DNA of 64,000 bases from Glycera tridactyla. Lineage: Eukaryota. The position numbers and the translations under genes are program-made. The notes under the pieces were generated by a model. That model did not search any database and was not told the DNA's origin. It worked only from the letters and a program-made list of their open reading frames with translations. Position 1 is the stretch's first letter. Each line of letters opens with the position of its first letter. Shown here one piece after another: positions 26,911-40,020 of the stretch. The DNA lies in NCBI GenBank assembly GCA_965644265.1, contig OZ286472.1, forward strand, positions 34,782,001-34,846,000, in the 5' to 3' direction.

Positions 26911-27387
26911 CATGGAAGAATTACAAGAGGAGGGGTGTAGAGGTACCAAGACACAGAAGCAAGGCAGGAGCACAGCCCTTTTTGGCCAGTGGCCTGGCTC
27001 AACAATATGGATTAGTTTGCCTGGTTTGCTAAGACAGATTGACCAGATTAAGGATGAATGAGGCAATTTTTAAAAAATTTGCCACATCTTTGAAATTTCA
27101 TATGATTATTTCTGGTGAGGTATAGATCAGATTTCCTGAAAAAAAAAGTTGGGGTCACCAGGCTCGTTTTTCAGCTGCAGCTATATATATAATTGTTGAA
27201 ATATTGAGAAAATGCAAAAATGTCAAGATACAGTTCCATCAAGAAATATTACATGAGCACCATATTTGAATGAATCAAACCTCTTATTTAGTTTGTCTTG
27301 TATCCTAATGCAACATGAATTGGGAAATTACATTGAGAAAATGTTTTTCACAATAAAAAAGACCCAATAGTCCACGGAAACCAATGA

Positions 27388-29670
27388 AACAAGGCATCAG
27401 TGATGCGGGGTCCCCCGCCGATGTGGGACTATGACAGTGAGCACCTCTGCTTCCCGAACTGCGCAGAGAAAATGTGTTGGTTTTCTTCATATGGGGTCGA
27501 CAATGTGCATGCCATTATGGAGTGTTTCAAGTATGCCCATGGGCAGCCCATCACTTTGCCCAATCCCAGAATAATTGTGCCAGTGCACATATGAACAATG
27601 AGAAAGATTAATAAGATATGATTTGGTATGAATTAGTGCATCTGTTTTGAATACATGGATTCTGCACAGCGCATGCCATCCTGAAGGGTTTGAGGCTCTT
27701 CAAGAAGATGCTTCCAGAAAGGTTGATTCAGTGTGGATTGGTGCAGCAGTCCACACTACATAGGTTCCTATTCGTCTATACCATCGACCATTTTAAATGT
27801 CAATGGGCAGCCTATGCTATCCATCACTTGCCCAAACCCATGATAAAGATGTCAGTGCACAGCTACACATGAAGACACTTCAGGGAAAGTTCATTCGATG
27901 TGGATTGGTGAAGCCGTTTTAGAGAGATGAGTTCCATTAAGTCCAAATAAGAGTGCATGCCATATTGAAGTCCTTCAGACATTTCAACTGCCCATGGGCA
28001 GCCCATTGCATGTACAAATTTGTAATAAATCTGCCAGTGCACACCTGCATATCAGGACGCTTCAGGAAAACTTTATTTTGTGTGAATCGGTGGAGCGGTT
28101 GTGGAGATATGAGTTCTGCAAAGTTTGGATGGGAGTGCCTAGCATTCAGACATTTCACCTGCCCCGTGGGCAGCCCATCACATGGCCGAAGCCAGAATAA
28201 ATGGGCCAGTGCACACCTACGCATCACGGCACTTCTAGGAAACTTGATTTGGTGTGAATCGGTGCAGCCATGATGGAGATATGAGTTCCGCCAAATATTG
28301 ATGAGTATGTATACCATGCTGAAGTTTTTCAGACATTTCAACTGTCCATGGGCAACCCATCACATGCTCGATTCCAGAATAAATGTGCCAGTGCACACCT
28401 ACACATCAAGACATTTCCAGGAAACTTAATTGGGTATTGATTGGGGCAGCAGGTATGGAGATAAGAGTTCCACAAAACCTTAATGGAAGTATGTACCATC
28501 CTGAAGTTTTTCAGATATTTCACCTGCCCATGGCAATGAAAGGCTCATAACCATAATAAGCATGCCAGTGCACACCTACACATCAAGAAGCTTCTAGGAG
28601 ATTTGATTTGGTGTGAATCGGTGCAGCCATTGTGGAGATATGAGTTCCGCAAAATCTTGATTGGAGTGTATACCATCTTGAAGTTCCCAGACATTTCACC
28701 TGCCCGTGGTCAGCCCACCACAGGCCCAAATCCAGAATAAACATGCCAGTGCACACCAACACATCAAGACGCTTCCAGGAAACTTGATTTGGTGTGAATC
28801 GGTGCAGCCATAGTGGAGATATGAGTTCCGCAAAATCCTGATGACATCCTGAAGTTTTTCACATTTCACCTGCCCGTGGGCAGGCAATCACATGCCCAAT
28901 TCCAGAAAAAACATGCCAGTGCACACCTACACATCAAGACGCTTCCAGGACACTTGATTTGGTGTGAATCGGTGCAGCCATAGTGGAGATATGGGTTCCG
29001 CAAAATCATGATGACATCCTGAAGTTTTTCACATTTCACCTGCCCGTGGGCAGGCAATCACATGCCCAATTCCAGAATAAACATGCCAGTGCACACCTAC
29101 ACATCAAGACGCTTCCAGGAAACTTGATTTGGTGTGAATCGGTGCAGCCATAGTGGAGATATGGGTTCTGCAAAATCCTGATGACATCCTGAAGTTTTTC
29201 ACATTTCACCTGCCCCGTGGGCAGGCAATCACATGCCCAAATCCAGAAAAAAAACATGCCAGTGCACACCTACACATCAAGACGCTTCCAGGAAACTTGA
29301 TTTGGTGTGAATCGGTGCAGCCGTAGTGGAGATATGAGTTCCGCAAAATCCTGATGACATCCTGAAGTTTTTCACATTTCACCTGCCCCGTGGGCAGGCA
29401 ATCACATGCCCAAATCCAGAATAAACGTACCAGTGCACACCTACACATCAAGACGCTTCCAGGAAACTTGATTTGGTGTGAATCGGTGCAGCGGTTCCAG
29501 AGATACAGGTTCCGCAAAGTTGGCGTGCCCGGACGGACACTGGACGGACAAGGGACGGACGGACGGACGGACGGACGGACGGACGGACGGACGGACGGAC
29601 GGACGGACGGACGGACGGACGGACGCCCACTATTTTATAGTCCCCCTTCCGGTGTTCCGGCGGGGGACAA
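27388..29670 (+). mobile_element. complete HINE-like element, family A copy 2, with expanded internal array
   Basis: Same termini as 24921-26297; about 5 more internal units (three of about 180 bp and two more of about 170 bp) and a longer (GACG)n. Confidence 0.85.
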
Positions 29671-32208
29671 AAAATCACTGAAAAATCACAAATCACCCTA
29701 CAGACCATATAGGAATATTTGCTGGATTCAGTTTTTTTCATTCATTTTGCGGTTCATTACTGGACAATCAAAATAAGTGAAAAAAATGGCATGTCACCAG
29801 ATTCGTTTTTTTGCTAGCCAGTGCTGAAAGTTTTATTGAATTATGCTGAAAATGATGAAAAATAGCAGGCAATCATACCCACAAAATTTCACTTCATAAC
29901 AACTGAAATTTTTGAGTTATCATCAGGAAACCATCATTCACCCACCCATCTACTCAAGCACACAACCACCAAACAATACCGGGGTCAATTTTGGAAAAAT
30001 CTCCTGTTTGGTGCTCACACATGTTCAGGCAATAAAATTATGCAGTATCTGTTTGAAGGACAGTGATAGAGGTATCTAGGAAGGTGGGCAAGTGACCTAC
30101 TAGTATTATGCCATAGGTGCCAGGCAGGAATCCAGAAAAACTCCCTGCTACATCTCTAAGTCATTCAAGAAAGAGCGGCATTTGTGGATGAATAGGAGTT
30201 GATGTGTTTGCGGTAGAGATAATGTGGTAGATTAAGAGATATATCGATTAATATTAATCTCAGTGATATAACCAGTGAGTCTGTACAATGTCATGATAGA
30301 TCAGGCCTGTGCTCCACTGAATTGAATGTATTAATGGTCCTGGGTATTTTGGGAATGTTATATCATACGGCTAAGACCTATTCAGCTTGCTTATATGCAG
30401 GTGATCAGGAAATATATATGACAGCCATCAGACATGATCATGTCTATGCGTGAGAAAAAAGCCGAAGGTTACAAGCTTGGATCTCACAAGTCAATCCTGC
30501 AGCTTTACTGGCAGAATTCAGGTAAGAATCCAGCTGCCTACCACAGGACTCTCATTCATGAATCTAATCACATCAACAGTTCACCTAGTATGATAAGTAA
30601 ACACTGCAACAAGGGGAAATATTATATCAATGTGATCAACACATCAACCCCTCTGAGTATCATCAGCAGCATTTATATGTGATGCTCCTGATAAATTAAA
30701 GTCCATTCACACAAGTCATTTATTTTCACCTCTTACCAGTAAAAGCTGGATGGAATTTAACAACAGGCACAAATAGCAATTCATAAAACAGCAGCTACTG
30801 GTAATGAAATCTTAGGATCAATTTACTGAGAGACATATCAGAGATCTGTTGAGTTAACTGTTCTAGGACCTGAAATGTAGAAAACAGGATTTGGGTGATT
30901 TTTTCACCAGATTTGGCCGATATTCACCGCACGCTCAGGACCTCATTCAATATTGCATATTGCTATTAAGTAACAGCAGCAATCATATATAGAGCTATCA
31001 GTGCCTAATGACTGCTTCCATCTCAATATCCCTTGCTCGCATTTCCTATTTTTGTCTGCCATCCTCCCGCTTTACTCATCTGCACAGTGGTGCAATCAGG
31101 CAGTGGTTTTCCTTTACAGAATTTCCATGGTAGACCACTGAAAAGGGAAGAACTCTTGTGCGGTGACAAATCTGCCAATACACACCTCAAGAATCATTTG
31201 AGTTTGCTTCTTCTGGGCTCAAAATCAGAATACTTTTCTGACAAGGTTGGAACTATCTTGTCAGCGAGCTCATGACCTTATTTGCTATTGTGTATTGCTA
31301 TCAAATAAGAGCATCATTCAAAGGGGGAAAGCTNNNNNNNNNNNNNNNNNNNNNNNNNNNNNNNNNNNNNNNNNNNNNNNNNNNNNNNNNNNNNNNNNNN
31401 NNNNNNNNNNNNNNNNNNNNNNNNNNNNNNNNNNNNNNNNNNNNNNNNNNNNNNNNNNNNNNNNNAGGCTATGATTTGGTGGTCAACATGAATTTGAAGG
31501 GTGGACAGTTGAAAAAGGAAGAATACTGACCACCAAATTTTATACGAATTTAACAGGCATTAAACTAGGTTGATGGTCAGAAATGGGGGAAGGACTGATA
31601 AATTGGCTGACTGGCTGGTCTAGAATGTCAACTAACTTGGTTCACTCCTATTCACAGCACTGTAAGTGGAACCAACATCGGACAGTGCTATGATTCTACA
31701 ATAGGGATTTGCTCTCAGACTGCCCTGCCTGTCAATGAGACTTGAATTCTTTTCCATCTATTAGTTTCTCTTTTCACCAAAGTCTTCTCTACAGACCCAT
31801 TACTTTTCAACTTAGCTGCACTGACATGTCCATTTAGCAGCCACTTTCCTTGATTGAAATTTCTCAATTCATAGGATGCAAACCATCACTCATGGTATAG
31901 TTCATGAGGAGAGGTTTTCAGAGACCAATCCTGATTTCTTCGTCAGCTTAGTCATGGACAAGGATGACTGTGACTCCAAATCAACAGTTGAACCTGCTTG
32001 AGAGACCACCTCTATAGAAAAGGCCAACAGCCTACATAGGCCACTCTTGAGCTGTGACCAGGACAATATTTTCTTTCTGAACTGAGATATTTGTGTAAAT
32101 GAACACCTAATCAATTCTTGAATTTATCAGTGATGTGTGACTACTTGAATCTCACCGACCCATGTTTTGCCAATATTTCTTCTTCAGAATTATACATGCA
32201 CAGGCATA

Positions 32209-33260
32209 CTGTATATACTCACATATAAGCCCATTATTTGACAACAAAAAATCAGGGCAAAAGAGGGGGGTTGCTTATGCGCAAGTATCAATTTCATCAC
32301 AGCCAAATATCAACATAAATGAAGATCCGTTAGCTGGTGGAGGCTTCGCTAGTGGCCGCAGCCATCTTGGATTTCGAAAGAACCAACAAAAACACATGCA
32401 AATATCATCGGATTTGACAGGGTTCCCCAACAAATAAAATTCTGTCCATGCAAGACATGTGTCAGCAATATTGTTCTATTTATCATGCCATAAGCCGTTT
32501 GGCGATTCATTGCGTGGTTCTTGAGAAATTGATATCTTTATAACATGGGATCAGACACTAGTACAGATGCCATTGCGGACCACTTGCTGGTTGAAGACTG
32601 ATGCTGAATAAGATCTTTTCTATCACTGCGGATCGCTCTCGAAACACCAAAAATACTTGCTGGATGTCAATTATTAGTTCCAGATGCATGAATATCAAAT
32701 CTAATGGCACGTTTGATGATCGTTTGGGAGAAAATCCTGACAAATTTGCCATAAACGTGATGAAAACTCTGCCTGTATAACTATCCGATAGTCTTCTGCC
32801 ATTTTGAACAACATAGGATCACATGATCGGAGACGACCAAATATGGCCAATTTGCATAATTTGTCTGAGCTATTCATGACTTATTTCCAGGGTATCCCTT
32901 TTATTCGGGGATGACAGCCTCGTCACATGACACAACAATCGTGCTCAAATCGCTATTGGAGAAGCCAGCCTTTCGTTCTAGTGTGAAATACATATTCATT
33001 GGCTTTGATACGTGTTTTTAGTGGTGGAGATCGCCTCAGCATGGATTGTACCTGTGAATCATTGAAGTATGGAGGCGCGAATGAACCAACAATAGCAGAG
33101 GTAAGGCACGAATTGGCTTTTGTCTTTGATGTATCACAGAACTCGTCGCTGGTTAACTTGCTGAAATTTCCTGTGTTCACTCAGCAAAATCCCGATTTTT
33201 TTAGGCAAACTCATACCCCCGGCTCATACGCAGAGAAGGCTTATATGCGAGTATATACGG
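32209..33260. mobile_element. 1052-bp TA-flanked MITE (pogo/Tigger-like TIR)
   Basis: TIRs CTGTATATACTCACATATAAGCC and (reverse complement) CCGTATATACTCGCATATAAGCC, 21/23 identical; TA on both sides; CpG-rich interior. Confidence 0.85.
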
Positions 33261-33981
33261 TATGTGAAGCCATCTCATAGGGAATAGGGTTTATCAGTGG
33301 TGGAGTCAAAGTTCTGTCGCCACAGTCAATGCATCGCACTTCTCAGAAATTTACACTCTTCCATCAGTTAGCTGACTCTGGACATCAGGTCCCTGGACAG
33401 ATTCACTCTCCCAGGGAATTGGGAGAGTGGCCAATGACTGATGGTGATGATACATGTGGTGGCCAACATCAGGTATGACCAGGGGTTCTATGCTGGGGCC
33501 TGACCTGCTGATGGAGACAAGCCGATTAACTGTTTAGGCAGCTTATTTGATTATTGTGCACGACTGGTGGGTAAGACCATGGTCCTGATTCAGTCCATGA
33601 TTTGTTTTCACAGAAGCAGGCAAGAATGCTTTCTTCCCCTGAAATTCATGTCAGTGACTTGATTCAGAGGCATTAGCTCCGTCATGTATGTCAAATGGGA
33701 AGGCCTATTTTTGGGTATCTAGTGGGTTGTACCCACAACCTCTTGCTAAGCCAGCACACCACCATTCCCACTAATATGCAAGAACCATCCCCTATGAGAC
33801 AGTCACTGCACAGCTATGAGGCTAGCAGTGACAATTAATCAACCGGAGCTGTCATGATACCATGATATTTGCCTTCAGCTATACACACCATTTTTCATCA
33901 GATTCATGTCTGTGACATGATGCATGGGCAACAGATCCATGGAATGAGTCAAATGCACAAACTTGATTCTCACATACATGT

Positions 33982-34176
33982 ACACAATTTTTCTAGTGAT
34001 ACAAATCATGTCAGAGACATATTTCCAGATTGTACTGGCGACAGGTCCATGAAATGTGTTCCAAGCGCCCAATTCATTTTTTGGCTTGTATGGGATTTGA
34101 ACCATCAAGCTTCCAGTTTGGCACCCTCGTCAGCAACAAACTGCCAGCGCTCCTGTCCTCTACACCACGGAGGATC
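33982..34176 (-). mobile_element. tRNA-headed SINE-like element, copy 1
   Basis: Minus strand: A-box-like TGGTGTAGAGG and B-box GGTTCAAATCC; aligns with 57008-57145 and 57245-57378. Confidence 0.65.
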
Positions 34177-36377
34177 TACTAAGTGAATACGTACATACAT
34201 GCACATGCACAAACTCTGTGTCACACACACCCCCACCCCCACCCACACCCACACCCACACACTGCTGGTGATGACTACAGGTGGGTAAGATGAGGTAGCT
34301 TTCTTTCATCAGATACCACCTGGTATCAGACAAATGAGGAATGGAAAGTAGACCTGACAGTCACATCATCAAATAATTCTGGTTCTCTGGCTCTAAGCCA
34401 TTCAACGCTATTTCTGCAACAAAAAATCTTGCAATGAGATACCCATCAATGGGGGACACCCTTTTTGCAACACCAACCATCTTCCACAATCCTCGTCGTC
34501 TATTCAATATTGTCAAATATGCCTCCAAACTATTTATAAGACCAGCACAGTCAAACATGTTCCAGACATGAATTCAGTGGACATGGAAAAAAAGGTGTGT
34601 ACTTAGAGCAAGTTCAGGTCAAATAGTGATATCCACTCTAGTGGGATGGAGAGAATCCTATAAGTCTTGCTTAGGACAATTTCAAATGTATTGGCATTTA
34701 GGGTGGTCTCTCATCATAGTGGGTTCCAATGTATCCACTAGGAGACATGAATGACATCAGACATAAGCGCAGTCTACACTCAAAACTAACACAGTAACTC
34801 TTCCATCCGGAGAGCAGACTGAAAGAATCAATCTCCCGATTTTTTGCAGATATTAGAGGTAAACAGAGCTGATACAAACTTATTTTCCACAAGATGAATT
34901 TGTGTGGATAAATGCCTGATCTTAAATCTTGAAATTCCAATCTATTAGAGTTCTAACCCAGGTGTTGGTGATGTTTGTTCTTCAGACACAGGTATATGCT
35001 AGGTTATTCTGTATAAATGAGATTTGTTGTCCGGAGTCTAAATTGCAGCATTCTATCTTTGCAGTTGATGTAAAACATTCTCATTTTGTGAGAAATGTAT
35101 AATCTCCCATGTATCAGGAGAGTAAGGTTTGGGTCTTTGGTCTCCCCAAATCAGATTCACTCTCCCTGGGATTTAGGAGAGTCACTGAATTTCAAGACTG
35201 TGAGCAGTTAGTGAAGGGATAACTGTAAAATGGACACTGGTGCAGAGAGGTTAATAGTTATTGCAGGACATCAGAGTGTAATTTATAGAGAAGTGAGACT
35301 GCATGTTTGCATCCCATACAGAGCAGCCTTGATCCCAGCTTCCAGCCATTGCTACCACCATCTGTGATCACCGGTATATCTTGTAAACTCCCGAGTTGGA
35401 CACCAATACACCATCACCAACCATCATCATCATACACTTTACAGTCTAACCAACTGAACATCATTATAATCAACTGCTTATGCACTACCTGGTATTTGAA
35501 AATTTGATATCTATCATGCCATAATCAACCGGAAGCCTGTCTGGATACATATCATATTCTTCCACTCAATGCTACACTTTAGAGCTGAAGAGAGTTTAAG
35601 AATAAATGAAATGAGCAAATGAACTATTTTTCTCTTCAGAGAATCTGATTTCATCATAATGCACCCCAATATGAGACACTGAATCTTCATCACAATAATA
35701 TGGTTTTTGATTGTTAACTGCTCAATTCAATGAAATGGGGGGAATTTTTCTGATTTTATGGTCAGATGTATCAGACGTATGTAAGAGCGAGACTAATCCC
35801 TGCAGGAGGAGAATAAATATGATGTCATCCATCAATGGTTTTTGTACACTGTTTGTCTGAGATATCTCTAATATCAGGCTTGACAGATGCCCTGAGCATA
35901 TATGAGGGAATTAAGTCACAACCACCATATATCTTGTTATGAAATATCATTTCATTATATAATGCCAAACAAAACACTACACAAATTGATGACACATATC
36001 CAAAAATAGAATAGAATAGAATAGAATATGCTTCATTTAGTCTCATAAATAAAGTTTGTACAAGGTATAGAATTAGGTAGACAGGCGGCTTTCCCAGCAC
36101 ACAAGAGATGATCATTATTGAAATCAAACATCTGAATTGGTCCGTGCTCAAATGTGAGTGAAACCGACAGATCACAGGAGCAGTGATGAGAAAACATGGG
36201 TTGCCATAATTATATATGCTCAAGTTATGTTCCAAATGTGAAACTGAAGAGCGCATGTAAAACTGTATGATACTGCCAGTGGAATTACCACTGGGAACAG
36301 GCTTTATCATATAAAATACACCTGATCCTATTCTGATAAGCCACACATGGGAAAGGCAAATGGCAATTTATATGATA

Positions 36378-36517
36378 CAGTAAAACCATTTTGGGGAGAC
36401 CACCCCAAATGCCAAAATAGGTGGTCTCTTATACCCATAGAAATAACTCGATGAAAAGCAGTCTCTCAAAAGAGGGTGGTCTCCCAAAAGAGGGGTCTCT
36501 CAAAAGAGGTTTGACTA
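36378..36517. mobile_element. 140-bp TA-flanked MITE (GGTGGTCTCT family)
   Basis: CAGTAAAACC...GGTTTGACTA with TA flanks; GAGACCACC/GGTGGTCTC motifs. Confidence 0.6.
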
Positions 36518-37510
36518 TATAAGTCATGGTGAAGAGGCTCTGGTGGGAATACCAATAGTGATTGCTTGATATAATGGCAACTTAGGAGAGGTTCTGTTTC
36601 TGTAAAGTCCTCTTGATACAAGGGACAAGGTCACTAACTGGCAAAGATCAGCTCACAAGTATGTCCGCAGATTGTTGACCATTTGTGCACAAGGTCACAT
36701 GCTGTATGCGAGATTGTTGACAATCTGCTACAATTGTTGCCCAGCCAAACTGTTCCCAGGTCATGCAGTCCTTGAGAAATTGGTCACCATGTCATCGAGA
36801 TTTTCCGTGTAAGTAACATCCATAGCTGTGTTCTGTGAAATATAATTCCAGATGAACATTTTCGAACCAGAGGGAACTATTTATTGAAGTGGATCAATCG
36901 GCCTACTTGTGTAGAGCCCACCAGTGGGAAAAGCACTCAATTACAATTGAATCAAGTAATGCCTCAAGGTCAGAATCATATCATTCGATGGATTTTTGCT
37001 GAGCCCCACAGTGAACAAAAATGTCTTGCTGGGGCAAGTACGTGGTTCTGTTAGCTTCATCAAAATGTGGTGGATTACGACTAATCTGACCAATATATAT
37101 ATCACTGGTTCCCTCACATGAATCATTCATTTAGTTAAGATTCATCAGAAAAATACAATTTACAAATATTGATGCATATAGCGATCAGTATTGATTGATC
37201 ATTTAAACTGTAATGATGATCTGGGAACTGGCTACTGTTACTCACAGAGAAAGTTGCCTGAAGAAGCCCTCATATCGGGGCGAAAGTACTCACAAATCTC
37301 TGAGTTACATACATGGAAGGATGGTGAAAAAGCTCAGCCCATGAGTCATCTCAATCATTTCAGATGAAATTGAGAGTCGACAAATCATGTTCTCCCCATC
37401 AACTGAGAATGAAAATCCCAACATTGCCTACAGTGGAGCAGCTCCTATGAACAACCATGCATAAATTCGCATCCAGTTGACAATGGCAGCTGATGCTTGA
37501 TTCCCAGATA

Positions 37511-37705
37511 GTTTGTTTGTTTGTTTGAGGTGTAATGACATGAATCAACCTAGAGGATTATGTATGCCATGTGTTCGAGGTCAATAAAAGCAAGATGTTC
37601 TCTCCCCTGCAGACATTGCTCTGAACAAACCCTGAACACAAGAGGATAGGGAACCTGGAAGGTTGTCAAGTGGACATGGTTGCTAGTTCAGACACACCTC
37701 CACTT
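37511..37705 (-). mobile_element. old SINE-like repeat with (AAAC)n tail, copy 2
   Basis: Homologous to 21389-21580 and 56162-56355. Confidence 0.55.
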
Positions 37706-38132
37706 CGTTGAAATGAATATAATGAATCTGATGATGGCAGTCCTTTCTTTTCAAGCAAAGTGCAACACTTGCAGCAAAAAAAGTATTTGGTTCAGAGAAT
37801 AATCAATCAATAGTTGGATTTTCATGGTGATAAGTAGCACTCAAGCTCAGTAGTGCTTAGTGAATTTTAATGACCCCCTACCGGCTGATGACTGGGATAA
37901 TACCACAACATCAACAGACTGTTCCTGTTCACCCTTGCCTGATGAGGGGGGTAATCCTGGGGTGACCAGATGGGGTCCATGTGTTCGCTTGAGATGGCCT
38001 CCCAACTGGCCCTTGCAGGTAGATTTAATGAACACATAATGGAGGCATCCTGAATTCTGAAGAGGCAGGTATATCTGAAAATGTAACTGATAACCAGGCA
38101 GGTGGATAATTTTGATGCCATTCCTTTGTGTG

Positions 38133-38134
<2 letters not shown>

Positions 38135-38204
<70 letters not shown>
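38135..38204. repeat. (TG)n microsatellite
   Basis: About 35 TG units; source of the THTH/CVCV ORFs. Confidence 0.98.
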
Positions 38205-38208
<4 letters not shown>

Positions 38209-38556
38209 GTGGTTGGTAGTGGGTGTGTCATAAACAGTTGTTTTCACGAACCAGGAAATGGCTCACAAAATTTCGAAAATGCCCCATTGAATCCTGAAAA
38301 TGGCCCACTGTTTTTCTGCCATTTTTGGGCCAGAAACATCGCTGTGTATACCACATCAGCTATACCTCATCAAAACCAGTCAGATTCTTGTGATATGGAC
38401 ACATTTTTGTCTGAGTGTCCCAACTGCTATAGATAGAATCCTATGTTAGAGCAGGTGTAGTGGGGTTCATCAAATCTTCCGTTTATAGTTCAGTCATCTA
38501 GCAACTATCATATTGCATTGTTCTTGGATGGGTTGAATTCATTCACTTTCATTCAA

Positions 38557-38762
38557 CAGAGCTCTACATTGACCTTTTTCTTGAGCTGTCCTTCGAGCAG
38601 GTGACGTAAGATTTTTACCTGCCCTCCCTGTCATTTTCACCTGTCCTCCTGCAGACATTAACAGCCTAAATAATGGTGGAGTGCCTGCCCTGATAAATCA
38701 CCTGCTCAAACAACGAATCTGCCTGCTTGTGCCAGTAGGGTCACCCTTAGCATAGAGCTCTG
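38557..38762. mobile_element. 206-bp hAT-like MITE with 5-bp TSD
   Basis: TIR CAGAGCTCTA/TAGAGCTCTG; TTCAA on both sides (38552-56, 38763-67); homologous to 60821-61036 (inverted). Confidence 0.7.
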
Positions 38763-38999
38763 TTCAAGATTGAAAGTGGAAAAATTGGCCCATACTTGGG
38801 CCTAGATAGGGGATGTGCATCCATACGACATGCTGGAGAAGAATGTCTTTTGAGTTGACTAAACAAATGTGATCTAATTATACCAGCGATTTATACAGTG
38901 CCAGAATCAATAGAATGTTCGAAGACATAGTATACATGCTGTATCTCACAGAATTGTACATGCAAACTTGTTAGAGAAATCAATTCAATCCTAGGCATA

Positions 39000-39177
39000 T
39001 AGTCAAACATGTCTATAAAGACAACCTTTGGATGCATCAAAAAGTGGTCTTTTCAGGTAGGTGGTCTTTATAGAGAGGTAATTCACTGTTGAAAATACCA
39101 TTACAGTTGCAGCTCAGGATGGTCTACACAAGCAGTTGGTCTCAATAGAGGGGTGGTCTTCAGAGCAGGTTCGACTG
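39000..39177. mobile_element. about 178-bp TA-flanked MITE (GGTGGTC family)
   Basis: TAGTCAAAC...GGTTCGACTG with TA flanks; related to 63444-63621. Confidence 0.6.
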
Positions 39178-39758
39178 TACATGTTCCTAGGATTATACAT
39201 TTACCTGTCTCTTCACANNNNNNNNNNNNNNNNNNNNNNNNNNNNNNNNNNNNNNNNNNNNNNNNNNNNNNNNNNNNNNNNNNNNNNNNNNNNNNNNNNN
39301 NNNNNNNNNNNNNNNNNNNNNNNNNNNNNNNNNNNNNNNNNNNNNNNNNNCACCAACAAACCCTCATCTGTTGTTATCACTCATTCAGTGGTTTCATTTG
39401 CGATAGTCATGAATTACATTTCCTGATTCAATTCATTCCACTGCAGTACCTTCGCTGGCCTTCTCCATATTCAACTGAATGCACATAGTATTTTCTTAAC
39501 CTGAGACTTGCTGATCTTTATAAGACAGATGTTATGGCAGGTTTGTGGCTGCTTGGATTGATGAGAATTGATGAAGTTGGTTACTATAGCAGGAACGCAT
39601 GATTATCAAATAAATTCACAATATTCCACTCAGCCAGACTGTCATCGGACATTGCTCGGTCTTTGGCCTTGTGATGTCCATTGACAGTCCATCCTAGATA
39701 AATATTGTGATTTTCTTGCTTTCATAACACAGAGTCACCATTTATCAACACTCAATCT

Positions 39759-40020
39759 TAAGATAAGATAAGATAAGAACATGTTTATTGCATGAGATTT
39801 CAAAAGATTACATAAGGACCACAAGGGTCATGTTACAAGCTCATGCAAACATATATACAGCACCAGATTCTAGATCACACATATATAACATATCTAACAT
39901 ATCTACAGTGGAACTAATGGATAAACAAAATGACGATAATAAACATAGAACACTAGATCACACATGTGTAACACTGTCTAACTTACTCACTAGGCAACAA
40001 TATTACGGGGGGGGGGGCAA
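39759..40020 (-). mobile_element. LINE-type 3' end
   Basis: Minus strand AATAAA (39789-39784) followed by a (CTTAT)n tail; 5' limit uncertain. Confidence 0.5.

Noticed and set aside
5721-29670. CRISPR-like interpretation of the regular repeats
   Set aside because: Units are head-to-tail tandem monomers without unique spacers, there are no cas genes, and the context is eukaryotic.
30737-30869. 133-nt minus-strand exon candidate with strong acceptor and GTAAGA donor
   Set aside because: All three frames contain stops; it could only be non-coding or terminal, and there is no supporting context.
35825-36346. 173-aa minus-strand ORF with a faint resemblance to an RT GVPQGS region, near an (ATTCT)n tract
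   Set aside because: No RT motif is actually present; at best a very old LINE relic.
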